DNA of 64,000 nucleotides, taken from assembly GCA_964016885.1 (NCBI GenBank), contig OZ024741.1, positions 193,316,001 to 193,380,000 on the forward strand, given 5' to 3'. Below the pieces are notes generated by a model that was given only the letters and a program-made list of their open reading frames with translations, did no database searches and had not been told where the DNA came from. The translations under genes and the position numbers were made by a program. The stretch is from Eledone cirrhosa (taxonomy: Eukaryota). Positions 15,598 through 28,552 of this stretch are shown piece by piece. The first letter of the stretch is position 1. Each line of letters begins with the position of its first letter.

Positions 15598-15820
15598 ACC
15601 CTGAATACCACAATCACCATGACCACCAGTATTACAGCTATTACCAACATGAAAACCACCACTACCACCACCACTACCACCACCACCACCACCACTACTA
15701 AAACAACCAAGAACAGTCTTGCCACAACTACCTCCACCGCCATCAATACTCACCACCTACCACTACTGCAGCCATTACGACCGTCATCACGATTATCATC
15801 ACTACAGCTACCATTACATA
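14100..15820. repeat. Low-complexity trinucleotide tract (CAC/CAT/TAC/TGC)n
   Basis: Read directly. It contains three copies of the unit GCTGCTACCCTGAATACCA (~15308, 15451, 15592). Confidence 0.9.
14372..14480 (+). mobile_element. SINE fragment (core and tail)
   Basis: gccgaggttaactttgccttccatccttacggggtcgataaataaagtacc matches the SINE core. Confidence 0.8.
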
Positions 15821-15984
15821 AATAATACTAATCAAATTGATGTATTTATAGTGTATGACAGACATAAACAGTAGCTAACGCCCACGTATCTGCAAGTTGG
15901 CGGACCTAAGTTATCTAATATTTCTTCATGATTATGCATTTATGTATATTGCGTGTGTCTGTATGTGTGCATGAGAACGCGTGT

Positions 15985-16224
15985 ATACACACACGCGCAC
16001 ACACACACACACACACACATACACACATACAAACACAAAAACACACACACATACATTTATTCATACTTACATACACTCTCATATATACACACAGACATAC
16101 ACACACATATACATATCATATATATATATATATATGTATGTATGTATATTTGTTTTTATGTATATATATATATATATATACATATATTTATATATACATA
16201 TATGTATATATATTTATTTATATA

Positions 16225-16279
<55 letters not shown>

Positions 16280-16284
16280 GTTTT

Positions 16285-16337
<53 letters not shown>

Positions 16338-16390
16338 ATAAATATGTGTGTGTGTGTATATATATATATGTATATAAATATATATGTATG

Positions 16391-16455
<65 letters not shown>

Positions 16456-16499
16456 GTGTGTGTGTGTGTGTATTATGTATGTATGTATATATATATATG

Positions 16500-16537
<38 letters not shown>

Positions 16538-16602
16538 CGTATGTATATATATATATAAATATATATGTAGGTGTATATATATATATATATATATACATAT
16601 AT
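15985..16602. repeat. (CA)n/(TA)n/(TG)n microsatellite cluster
   Basis: Read directly. Confidence 0.95.
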
Positions 16603-16979
16603 AGACTTGCCTGCCGCCCACCTATTCTAGAGTGGTAGCTAATGCAACGTTACAAGTTATCTCGCTTCTCATTCCAGAAAAGAATAATAATTATAGATCC
16701 ATATAAAATTCTCGTTTATAAATGTAGATATATATACACGCATAGGCACACATACGTTTAAATACACATACAAGAATTATACATGTAATTTGACATAAAG
16801 GTATAATTATATAGCTATATGACAACTTGCACGCACACCCACGCGCGCAGACACGTATCCGACACGCATATATATATGTATATATATAGGAACGATCGAC
16901 TTTCGTCAAATCGGACCGAGGGAACAATGTTTCCGTTGGTCTTTACAATTGCTAATACTATCTATCGGTCGCAACTCCA

Positions 16980-17072
16980 GGTAGAAGGAGCAACGTGAAA
17001 TAAAGTGTCTTGTTCAAGGAGATAACGCATCGCCTGGTCCAGGAATCGAACTCACAACCTTACGATTGCGAA
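16980..17072 (-). mobile_element. SINE head fragment (second family; related to 58460-58800)
   Basis: gaaataaagtgtcttgttcaagg...ggaatcgaactcacaacctta is shared with 58695-58790 and includes a B-box-like GAGTTCGATTCC on the minus strand. Confidence 0.65.
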
Positions 17073-17465
17073 CTAACCTATATTATATTTTATCTGATGA
17101 AAGCTCGCCATAGTTTGCTCTGGTGGCCCTTGAAATATGTATAATGAAATTATAAATATAGTTTCCATTTGTTAATATATATATATATATATATATTAAC
17201 AAATGGAAACTATATTTATAATTTCATTATACATATTTCAAGGGCCACCAGAGCAAACTATGGCGAGCTTTCATAAGATAAAATATAATATAGGTTAGTT
17301 TTATTGGCCCTTGAAATATGTATAATGAAATAAATATGGTTTTATAAATATAGTTTCCATTTGTTAATATATTGTATATTTACTCCAATAATTTGTTGAG
17401 TGCTTTATATCAGTTATAAAAATATTTTGCTTGTTGTATCCCAACAAATTAAATATAACCTCTAT
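17071..17465 (+). mobile_element. Composite Penelope-like terminal repeat (+/-/+ copies) with hammerhead motif
   Basis: 17071-17177 and 17193-17300 are inverted copies around a (TA)n tract. 17305-17465 is a direct copy that starts inside stem II. Confidence 0.75.
17085..17150 (+). ncRNA. Type I hammerhead ribozyme motif
   Basis: ttttat-CTGATGA(17094)-aagctcgcca..tggtggccctt-GAAA(17132)-tatgTA-taat. Stem II is imperfect. Confidence 0.6.
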
Positions 17466-18099
17466 ATATATATATATACATTATATGTGTGTTTGTGTAT
17501 GTGTGTGCATACGTGTATATGTGTGTTCTATATCTTTAGTTTGCGCCTTCAATACCTACACCAACTCCATGTTATATCACCACGTTCACCGTTCTATGCT
17601 CTGTCTTACCTGACATCTCTGTTTATTTCCAAGGGACCAGTGTATTTTGTGTTGTTGTTTCTTCAGTAACTGTGGATACTTTAGTTGGTAGATGTGTATG
17701 TATGTGTGTGTGTGTGTGAGAGTGTGTATGCGCGCAGAGTGCAATGATATTCCGATAACACACGGTATAGAATCAAAGATACCCAATGCATCAGGAGGAG
17801 AGGGTACTTTTTTTCACCTCCTTGAAATATAGTGATCAATAAATTTCTAAGGTAACATTATCTGTGGTTATTTCCCTTTCCTTTCCTCTTGCTCTTCTCC
17901 ACTCAACCTCACATCTCCGTTTCTTCTCCTGAGTTTGTTGCCTGAATATTTACAACCTATCTCCATTGTAATGGCTTCCTAAACCCAACCATTATATAAA
18001 TATTTTTTCTCCAAAATGGCTTACTGAATACACACATTGCTTTCCTCAAAAATCTTTTTGCCGTTCCTTCCTCTTTTCACTTTTACTTCATCTTTTATT

Positions 18100-18140
18100 G
18101 ATTATTCTGATGAAGGACTAGTGTCCGAAATATTAACACT
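18100..18140 (+). ncRNA. Minimal type I hammerhead ribozyme motif
   Basis: CTGATGA(18107)-aGGAC-tagt-GTCC-GAAA(18127)-TATTA. Related to the 48121 copy. Confidence 0.65.
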
Positions 18141-18286
18141 CTTTTCTTACTATATCAAGCATTTAACTAATATATTTCTTCATTATACTGAGTTGTTTGC
18201 TTTGTTGTTTCTGTTTATTTCTTGCGCACACGCACACATACAAATATACATACATACATACAGACATACATACATACATATACATA

Positions 18287-18670
18287 ATATGAAAGAGTAC
18301 TGGTGGAATGTTCCAGTAAAAACCCCGATAAAATGCAGGCATAACAGACCAGATATAATGATAGGGGACAGGGAAAAGGAGGTATGCACAATAGTGGAAA
18401 TTATCTGCCCAGCAGATGCCAATATAATATCAAAGATTAACGAAAAGGAGAATATCTATGCAGAACTAATGAGAAATCTACAGATATTCCACCCTGACTA
18501 TTCCTTCAGATTTATACCTGTGTGCCTGTGATTATTGGGGCACTGCCTCAATACAAATCCTGAGAAGCTAGGCTTCACAGAAACAGAAAGAACATGACTA
18601 GTTAGGAAATTACAAGTACAATCCATTAATGGAACAGTAAAAATATGTGAAACATTCCAAATATTCTACA
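18287..18670 (+). mobile_element. R4/Dong-like non-LTR retrotransposon 3' fragment (restriction-like endonuclease)
   Basis: YWWNVPVKTPIKCRHNRPDIMI.DREKEVCTIVEIICPAD.NI..K..EK...Y..L...IPV(IIGAL) is a typical RLE motif set. Confidence 0.8.
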
Positions 18671-19288
18671 TCTAATAACTGCATATACACTTGTACAGAT
18701 ACAAAGCAGATGCACGTGCACACAACTCAAAACATGCACATCCACACATCCAGAGAGAAAAAGAGAGAGAGAGAAAGAGAGGGACAGAGATATAGAGATA
18801 TATGTGAGCACACCCGTCTGTATTTGGTCACGTACAGCCGGAAGGCAGATGGATTTGCGCGTCTCGGGGCATGGGAAGCATATGAAACCGTGGGTATTTT
18901 TATCGGGTCCATGTGCATATCTGTGCGTCTGTGTCCTGCAGTGTACAAGTTTGTTTCGTATTGGTTCGTCATGTCGATTCTGACGAAGATATTATGATGC
19001 CTTTTGTTAGGTATCAGCAATTTCCTTGAGTCACTAACTTGACGTTCAGCTTTACGTCCAGTTGTTTTAAGTGTTATATGACTCATTTCATTTCGTCAGT
19101 GCCTAAGTTGTAGTTTTTACAGCCAATCCTGTAAGGATAAGATTTTTCTAATATACTTCACTTTATGCTGTAGTTAGATTTTGTATTCTTCACATCCTAG
19201 AAGGAACTAAAGAGTTTAGTCTTGTTTTGTACTTCAGGATTTCTAAAATTTGACAGTGCAGTCATCGTATAATATTTATCCTTTGGTT

Positions 19289-19362
<74 letters not shown>

Positions 19363-19639
19363 AATATTTCGTATCACCAAGGAAGCTATGCTTGAAGCGA
19401 AATCCTTTTTCTTTTATACATATGTATTTATATATATATGTGGGGGGGGCGGGGGGGTGAGAGACACAGGGAGAGAGAGAAATGGATAGATGGATAGACA
19501 AAAATGGTTAAGCAAATAGGTAGTGAAGGTCAGATAGATATATAAAGTTATATCTATCAATCTATTTCATTATGTATGTATCTCTCTCTTTATATCTATA
19601 TATCTATATATCTATATATATATATATATATATATATAT

Positions 19640-19956
<317 letters not shown>

Positions 19957-20204
19957 TTGTATATGTATATACATATAAGTGTGTGTGTATTCTTTTAATC
20001 TGTTATTGGGTTCAGTAATTAGACTGTAGCCATGTTGGCGCAACACATGATTCAGTCGATCCTACCAACATCGGTACTTATTTTTCAAGTCTGCTACATT
20101 ACATACTTCATGAATATATTTTTCTGAACCGCTAAATTTAGAGACATAGGCACACATAAAGAGACACAAACATAAATATAGACATGGTCACCTTCCATAT
20201 ACAC

Positions 20205-20275
<71 letters not shown>

Positions 20276-20326
20276 TGCAAAACCGCATGCCCATCGGCTG
20301 TCGAAATTGAGGTGCACAGTTTTGAC

Positions 20327-20720
20327 CAGAGCCAGATTTAATGGGGGGGGGAGCAAAAGGGAAAAATTGCCTCCCCTAGCGAAGGGGCCCCATCAGCGTC
20401 AGTCGTAGCCAATTATTTGCGCTCTCTGCTTAAGCCTTTTAGTTTTACACCTTTGACAACAAGAATTATATTTTTAGTATTTAATGTTCTTACTGTGAAA
20501 ACATTTATCAAATTTTCTCAATTTTAAAGACAACAGATTGTTATGAAAACAATATTCTAATAAAAAGTATTTAACGTTGCTTACATGGAGTCATCAAAGT
20601 TGTACCAAGCCAACTTTGATATGTAAAATTGGGGAGGTCACTGTGTTATCTAATTCATTGTGTACAAGGGCCCTCAAACCTGAAGTGCCCTGGGCCCTCC
20701 GTGGTCTAAATCCGGCCCTG
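20327..20720. mobile_element. Non-autonomous hAT-type DNA transposon (MITE)
   Basis: Termini CAGAGCCAGATTTA / TAAATCCGGCCCTG, with a perfect 8-bp TSD GTTTTGAC at 20319-20326 and 20721-20728. Confidence 0.9.
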
Positions 20721-20876
20721 GTTTTGACCACCACCATCCGGGATTACATTGTCCCACAAGATAATTTTGACATCCGAAAAATCATGAACTTATTTTATCT
20801 CCTTTTGCAATATTATCCGCGATACATGTAGCTCCCCCTCTTCCACATCTGTTAAGTTGCTCACTGTATATATATA

Positions 20877-20931
<55 letters not shown>

Positions 20932-20932
20932 A

Positions 20933-21195
20933 CGTAAAAGGTAAACAGAAATAACAACACAATCAGTACAGTATAAGGAAGGAATATATTAGGTTAATAC
21001 TTGATATAGCAGGACGAGTGTCTTAACGTTTCGGACGCTAGTCCTTCATCTGAAGAAAGAATGAGAGATAAGATAGATTGAGGGGACGGGCGGGTTGGAA
21101 TTGGAAAAAAATCTCTTTGGATAAAAATAAAGGTCCATTCATATTGACATCTATTGCAAAACTTTTGGTGCTGGCGTTTTGTATATGATTTATTT

Positions 21196-21200
<5 letters not shown>
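20933..21200 (-). mobile_element. Penelope-like terminal repeat with mutated hammerhead (CAGATGA core)
   Basis: Reverse complement of 47985-48245. The minus strand at 21021-21060 reads tctt-CAGATGA-aGGAC-tagc-GTCC-GAAA-CGTTA-aga. Confidence 0.75.
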
Positions 21201-21290
<90 letters not shown>

Positions 21291-22254
21291 AATCAAAGAA
21301 CGCCTACATACTCATACAATATTTATTTGCTCACAATGTTTCATCCATACCATTGGGCGGGAATCATCAGAGCTTTATAAACAAAAATACAGTGCTGAGT
21401 ATAAGCTTTACCGAGCTTAGTCACATGAACATTAGAAATACAATAGAGGGCAACAAGAGGGAGATCGTGAATGGCGAGTATGGAGAGAGTGCATAGTGGG
21501 GGTTGATATTCAGCACTACAGCTAAATGCAATGGTACAGGCAGATATTTTCACAAGATGCAGAAGCACATGAGGGCACATAAAGGCAAAAAGTATAAACA
21601 ATAGTTAAAACATATAATAAAAAGTAAAAGGAAAATAATAATATAGAGAGATAAAAAAATTAAAAAATTAAAAACGAAAAAAGAAAAAAATGTTAAAGCA
21701 CACAAAAAACAGAGGAAGCTCTGCGTTGGTCACTATATATAACAGGTGATTTAGCTCTCCATAACTTAAAGTTATAGAAATACTAAAAGGCTCCCAAGGT
21801 ATCTTCAGAAAGCCCAAATGGGATTTTATTCCTCCCCATAGTATACATAATCAAGGTATACTAGTAGGTTACGGAATTATGTGAACCATCGGTGCTAAAC
21901 CTGTATATATACATGCACCACATAAATACAAGCCAAACACAAGTAAAGATACTGATTATGGTATAACTCCAAATATGAAATAACACATAGTAAAGCGGAC
22001 CCACTTATGCATCGAGTGATCAAACTGGAGAACTACACACCAATATACATATATTTTCTCTTTATTTTTTCTTTCTCTTGTTCTTCTCTCTCTTTCTCTT
22101 TCTCTTTCTCCGTAACCCAACGGCTTATTTAAAAACATCCAATACTAACTTACCTAATAGTATAATTAAAGTTATAACTCCACTATCCGGGAGCTTCCAA
22201 CAGTAATGGTTGCATTCTTTAAGGGTATGTCAATATTTATTTATAAAACTGCTC

Positions 22255-22365
22255 TATATTATATTTTATCTGATGAAAGCACACCATAATTTAACTTGGT
22301 GTCCTTGAAATATGTATAATGAAATAAATATGGTTTTATAAATATAGTTTCCATTTGTTAATATC
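22255..22365 (+). ncRNA. Type I hammerhead motif within a Penelope-like repeat
   Basis: ttttat-CTGATGA(22270)-AAGCACACCA-taatttaact-TGGTGTCCTT-GAAA(22307)-tatgTA-taat. Confidence 0.65.
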
Positions 22366-22383
22366 GTTATATATATATATATA

Positions 22384-23118
22384 CAATATATTTAGAAACA
22401 CACAGATACATGCGGACACACACATATATACATGAATGCATCCGCACCCAACTGTGAGTTAAGCAGTTTAGGTATGATACATTTTATTACTAATTATATC
22501 TAAATGTTTCTTCTCTCTTCATAATGTATTTTTAACTCTGATACTGGTTCAGTCTAGTTCAACTGAATTGGTCTGTCCCAGTCATTCATTGAGCAACATC
22601 GGTGAAGTTGGCACCCTTAACTCACAGTTGGGTGCGGATGCATTCATGTATATATGTGTGTGTCCGCATGTATCTGTGTGTTTCTAAATATATTGTTAAT
22701 AACTCCCTCTGGTCGAGCAATCTTTGAAGTGTGGGGACAGCTGGAAAGCTTCCATTACTCATACTTCTCGCCTTCTTCACCACCTCTTCTGCGGCCTCGA
22801 TATAAATACCCCCTCCGCCTCCGTGGTATTTTCTTCGAGGTTATAAGAGGCTTGGCTCTGTTTCTCGACCGTTATATCGCGTGACTATCTCCCCCTCCGC
22901 CTTTTGGGATTCTTTCTCACGTCGTGTAGACGCGTTCTTGAGACTAGTAAAATGAGGTATCCTCTTGATAAGTCGGCAGACCTCGCAAGGACTCTATATC
23001 TTTATGATATATTGTTTTTGTTTATGCCACGAAACTACGTAGTCGAGGAATTTAGGAGCAGTTTAGGTATGATACATTTTATTACTAATTATATCTAAAT
23101 GTTTCTTCTCTCTTCATA

Positions 23119-23122
<4 letters not shown>
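22384..23122. mobile_element. Repeat with ~80-bp inverted arms and ~65-bp direct repeat (Penelope-like architecture)
   Basis: 22384-22463 is the reverse complement of 22616-22696. gcagtttaggtatgatac...cataatgta occurs at ~22463 and ~23058. Confidence 0.55.
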
Positions 23123-23170
<48 letters not shown>

Positions 23171-23174
<4 letters not shown>

Positions 23175-23211
23175 AAACTGTTGGTGCTGGCGTTTTGTGT
23201 ATGATTTATTT

Positions 23212-23242
<31 letters not shown>

Positions 23243-23390
23243 GTATATATATATATATATAAAATAAATCATACACAAAACACCAGCACCAACAGTTTTG
23301 CAATAGATGTCAACATGAATGAACATTTTATTTTTATCCAAAGAGATTTTTTCCAATTCTAACCGGTCCGTCCCCTCAATATATCTTATT
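23171..23390. mobile_element. Inverted partial copies of the 20933/47985 family around a (TA)/(TATG) tract
   Basis: aaactgttggtgctggcgttttgtgtatgatttatttta is mirrored at 23260-23300 and continues into sequence matching 48000-48110. Confidence 0.7.
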
Positions 23391-23739
23391 TGTTATAGGT
23401 GTATATAATATATTATATATACTGGTATATGTGTATATGGTTATGTGTATATATGTATTTGTGTTCGTGTGCGTATGCGTGTATGCGTGTTTGCACGTAC
23501 GTAAGGTGTGTATATGTGTACATTGTGTTTTTATTGACGTTCGTATGGTGAACATATGTGTTTTTACCTTTAGGTATGTGTGTGTGTGCGTTATATATGT
23601 ATTTATGTGTGTGTGTTTATATGCGTTTATATAATTATACGTATATATACACACATACATATATATATATATGTGTGTATTTTTTATGTGTATTTGGTAT
23701 ATACGTTCGCATGTGTGCGGGTACATGTTTCGCGCGGGT

Positions 23740-24125
23740 TTATGTATGTGTGCACGTGTTTATGTGTCCATGCATGTATTTGCATGCATGGTGGGTGTTT
23801 TCGTGTATGCACGTGTATGTACGTATATTGATGCGTGTATGAATATTTTAATTATTATTGATTTTAATAACCTCTGTCATTTTCGTTCTACTAATTTATT
23901 TACTTTATTCTTAACTCTGAAGCCAAGAATCATTCGGTTTCCTAAAAAGAATATTAGTCTACGACTCCATTTATACCATAGACGTGGTTCTGTCTTTGCG
24001 TGTAATTGTTCTCTTCGCTCCACATAACGACGCCTTTTTCTGCGTTCACAGATTGATTTTTTTAGTTTCAAAAGATCTCGTTAAGGGTGAAAGCAGCGAT
24101 TCTTTGCTTAAACTTTAATCAGTTA

Positions 24126-24130
<5 letters not shown>
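23740..24130 (+). mobile_element. Internal segment of a Helitron-associated repeat
   Basis: Shares blocks (ctctgaagccaagaatcatt; gttaagggtgaaagcagcgattctttgctt) with 35820-36410 and, inverted, with 52370-52480. Confidence 0.6.
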
Positions 24131-24188
<58 letters not shown>

Positions 24189-24269
24189 GTGTGCGTGTGT
24201 GTGTGTGTGCTTGTGTGAGTCTATATTTATACATACGTATGTATGTATGTATGTTTGTATGAATGTATT

Positions 24270-24550
24270 TATGTATTTATGCAGCATCTGTGAAAGACTG
24301 TGCCTCAGCAAAGCTGGACTCAAAAGTCATCTTTGCAGTCATAAAGTGGGACCAGTGGTTGACTACCAGGCTGCTGTTGGGGATGCTACTCATCATGCCT
24401 GTCAAGCATATAGAAAAGAGTGTAGATCAGCAGGGGCGTTCGAATGACATGTAAAAGTACATGACGACCAACCACAGCCGGCTATTGGCAGTGAATGTTT
24501 TCATCATGGTTGCCAACTCTGGGCAAAAAGCCACATTCGATCGCAACACT
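24270..24550 (+). mobile_element. RTE LINE extreme 3' end (C2H2 zinc-finger remnants)
   Basis: CSICERLCLSKAGLKSHLCSH followed by a second degenerate finger. Confidence 0.6.
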
Positions 24551-25899
24551 GTTACTTATTAATATATATATATAAATATATATATGTGTGTGTGTGTGTG
24601 TATACATATGTATATGTGTGTGTTTTTTATCGTGCAATGGCCACACTCGATAACGAGGGGGCAGCCATCATTTATGTATGTATACATGACGGATTTCTGC
24701 AGTTTCCGTCGACAAAATTCCATTCTTAAGGTTATTTGCCAGCTCGAAACTATAATAGAGGGAGAGTGTATGTGTGTGTACATATGCGTGTTTGTCTCCA
24801 TATATATTTGTCTATCAACCAAGTAGGCCATAACATTATGAATGTTAAAAGCTGAAACAAATCCGGCAAGGCATCTTGTGGAACTCTCTTATAATATTTG
24901 ATTTTATCAACCCAGAAAAGATTGACATTGGCGGGATTTGACCTCAGAGCATAAAGAGCTGGAACAAATATTGAAAATCATTTTGATCTACGCTCTAACG
25001 AGTCTGTCAGTTTGTTGATTGTATATGTATGTGCTTGTCTGTATATGTAATCATGTGCGGATGTGTATGTGTGTATATATGTAGATGGGTGTATATATAT
25101 AGTGTCTTCACTGTAGAAAATCATATTGCAAACAATAATATAACGTAATAGAACAATTTCATTCACTATTCCCAATCATTTAACATTATCATACATATGT
25201 TTTTGTTGCTGCTGTTGTTGTTGATATTGTTGTTAATAAACAAAAGAAAACAAGAGAAGGGTAAGATAGAAAGATGTCGGTGGTAGAAATGGCGAAGTCA
25301 GAGGGAAGAGTGAGGGGGGAAGAATCTACTAGTGTGTTGTCCGCTGTTATATTTGTGTTGCCAATTGCACTGGTGCAGCGTACTGCCTCACGTGCTGATA
25401 CATGAGGCAGATAAACGAACGAACGAACGAACGAGAATGAAGAGGAAAGACATGGCGCCAGCCAAGCCAAAACTAAGCTTAAATAGTGAATGGTCTCACT
25501 CGGTTTCTGTTGTGGCTTTTTCTTAGAAAGGAAGAATTTCTGCTGCGAGACTCACATGTGATATCTCGTTTTGTAATTGATTGCGTGGGCTGTTTCTATA
25601 AACACTTGTTGCTTGTTGCTGTTGACGATATTAAACAGGATTTATTTGTTAATGGTGTTGTTGTTGTAGCTGTTGTTGTTATTATCATTCTTTGTTGTTG
25701 TTGCTATTGTCAATGATCAAACCTACGAACATATCGCTATCTTCTATATGAAGGATACATTGTTCAATATAACCGTCTCCTTTTTAAGAATGTATATATG
25801 TGTGTGTGTGTGTGTCTGCGTGTGTGTGCGTGTGTGTGCGTGTGTGTGTGCGTTTGTATGCGTGCGTTTCTGTCTCTGTGTATTTGTATGGGTATATGC

Positions 25900-25972
<73 letters not shown>

Positions 25973-26071
25973 AACTAAAAGACAAATTACTTTTATAAAC
26001 TTTTGTCACGCTGTAGAAAGGGGTTAGCAAGAGTGTGTGTGTGTGCGTGAGAGAGTAAGCGAGAGAGGGAA

Positions 26072-26140
<69 letters not shown>

Positions 26141-26204
26141 AAGAGAAAGAAAGAGAGTGACGATCGTGGTGATGGGAGTGGTTGTGTCGAAAAATATTGA
26201 TTAA

Positions 26205-27510
26205 AATCAAATTATGAAGACAATACTATGACAATTCGAAGACAAATCCATAACAATTCCAAGATAATTCAATTGTCTTCAAATTGTCATGGAATTGTGT
26301 TGTATGGGATTTCGAAATATCATGGAATTGTCTCAGAATTATATTGTAATTGTCTTCAAATTACTTGGAATTGTTGAGGAATCGACATGGAATTTGTCTA
26401 GTTGTCAGAATTGTCTAGGTGTTTTTATGGAATTTACTTGAAATTGTCAGGAAAATGTTTTGAAATTGTCTTTGAATTTTCTGAATCTGTCTTAGAATTG
26501 TCATCAAATTTTCATGGATTTGTCTTGAAATTCTTCGGAAAACGTCTTAAAATTATCATGGGATTATTTTTGTAACAGTCTTACAATTGTCCTGGAATCG
26601 TAATAGAATTGTTTTCATTGGATTTACTCAGAAATGCCATGGACTGTATTGGAATGGTGTTGTAATTATTATTGAACTGCCTTGTAACTGTGAAGGAATT
26701 CTCAATTGAATAGTGCTTCTCTCTTGAATTGTCATCAAATTGGTATGGAATTTTCATGGAATTTTCTAGGAATTTTCATGGAAGTGTTTTAGAGTTATCT
26801 TGGAAACGTGTTAGAACTTTTATGGAATTGCTTTGAAATTATCTTGGAATTTTTTCGCAATTGTCTTCCCAGTTAGTATGGAAATTTCATGGAATTGTCT
26901 TAGAATTATTCTGAAATTATTTTGGATTTATCTGGGAATTGTGATGGAGATGTCCTGTAATTAGCTGGAAATTGATTAGAGATATTTTTCGAATTGCCTA
27001 GTATTGTTATGGAGTTTTCTTGGAAGTGTCATGGAATTGTTATAAAAATTGTCTTGAAATTTTCTCCGAATTGTCATACAATGTTCTTAAAATGTCTTGA
27101 AATATTCATTGAATTGTATTGAAATTGTCTTTAAAATGTCTTGAAATTGTCTTGGACTTTTCTTGAGATTGCATTGGGATTTCTTGGAATTGTTTCAGGA
27201 TTGTCATGGAATTGTGTTGGGGTTCTCTCAGAATTTTATAAAAATTGTCTTGAAATTATTTTGTAATTACAAAAATGTTTAAGACATTTCCACGATAATT
27301 CTAATACATTTCCATGGCAATTCCAATACAATTCCAAAATAATTACAAAATCTGTCAAGAATATTCCGTGAAAATTCCTAGGAAAGGCTATAACAATACC
27401 AAGAGTATTTCAGAAATCTCCCAAAATAATCCCATGAGAATTTTTATAATTCCATGAGAATTTTTATAATCCCATGAGAATATCTATGGAAATTCCCAAA
27501 AGGTTCCATG
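26205..27510. repeat. Degenerate ~11-12-bp satellite (GGAATTGTC(T/A)T) with orientation switches
   Basis: ACAATTCCA-type units at 26205-26270 and 27270-27510, GGAATTGTC-type units between them. Confidence 0.85.
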
Positions 27511-27670
27511 AGAAAAATTTTCCTTTTCGGGTGTTCAGGCATTTACTAATATATTGTTTGTACACACGCATACATATATATATAATATATATATATATGT
27601 GTGTGTATGTGTGTATTGAAATTTTGTATTTCTAAAGAAATACGATATGTTTATGGATAAACATTTAGAA

Positions 27671-28128
27671 AGCCGTAGCTATGCAAAACACCGGGGCTAT
27701 CGCCTCTGGTGGTGTCCTACAGAAGCTAGGGGGGCAACCGTCAATGCATTTCGAACTTAACTGGTTCTCATCCGGATGATTCCTCCCACACCTCTGACTG
27801 CTGAACTGGAAAACAGGCGAGAATATATGGTTTTCTCGTCTGCGTAAATGAGGTGATTAATCTCATTTACATATGAAGCTGCATAAGTTGGCTCAACTTA
27901 TAATAGAATAGAATTAGGATTTAGCTTCGTGCATGGCTGTATACAAATATCTATTGAAATTTCCTATTTCTAAAGTAAGACGGTACGTTTATGGATAAAC
28001 ATTTGTAGTTATGCATACATATCTGTATACAATTAAGTTCGAAAAGCATTGACGGTTGTCCCCCTTGCTTCTGCTGGACACCACACCACCAGAGGGTGAA
28101 AGCCCCGGTGTTTTGCATAGCTACGGCT
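27671..28128. mobile_element. MITE-like element with ~100-bp terminal inverted repeats
   Basis: AGCCGTAGCTATGCAAAACACCGGGGCT...TTCGAACTTAA is mirrored at 28033-28128. AGAA lies on both flanks (possible TSD). Superfamily unclear. Confidence 0.75.
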
Positions 28129-28181
28129 AGAATTCCTCCTAGCACCAACAACAGCATCAGCAGCAACAGTATTGCTATTGT

Positions 28182-28551
28182 TATTCATGTTCATGTGGTT
28201 AATTATTTTTACATATATTCATGTTCATGTGGTTAATTATTTTTACATATATTCATGTTCATGTGGTTAATTACTTTTACATATATTCATGTTCATGTGG
28301 TTAATTATTTTTACATATATTCATGTTCATGTGGTTAATTATTTTTACATATATTCATGTTCATGTGGTTAATTATTTTTACATATATTCATGTTCATGT
28401 GGTTAATTACTTTTACATATATTCATGTTCATGTGGTTAATTACTTTTACATATATTCATGTTCATCTGGTTAATTATTTTTACATATATTCATGTTCAT
28501 GTGGTTAATTACTTTTACATATATTCATGTTCATGTGGTTAATTATTTTTC
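28182..28551. repeat. 34-bp tandem repeat, ~11 copies
   Basis: Unit TA(T/C)TTTTACATATATTCATGTTCATGTGGTTAAT, period 34. Confidence 0.97.
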
Positions 28552-28552
28552 A

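Noticed and set aside
14393-15825. Gly/Ser-, Val-, Thr- and His-rich ORFs (up to 362 aa)
   Set aside because: They are open in several frames on both strands because of stop-free trinucleotide repeats, have no domain or splice support, and one includes a SINE.
15915-16638. YIYI/THTH/CVCV ORFs here and throughout the window
   Set aside because: Translations of (TA)n, (CA)n and (TG)n microsatellites.
28182-28551. CRISPR-like array of ~34-bp units
   Set aside because: Units are head-to-tail with no unique spacers, there are no cas genes, and the context is eukaryotic.
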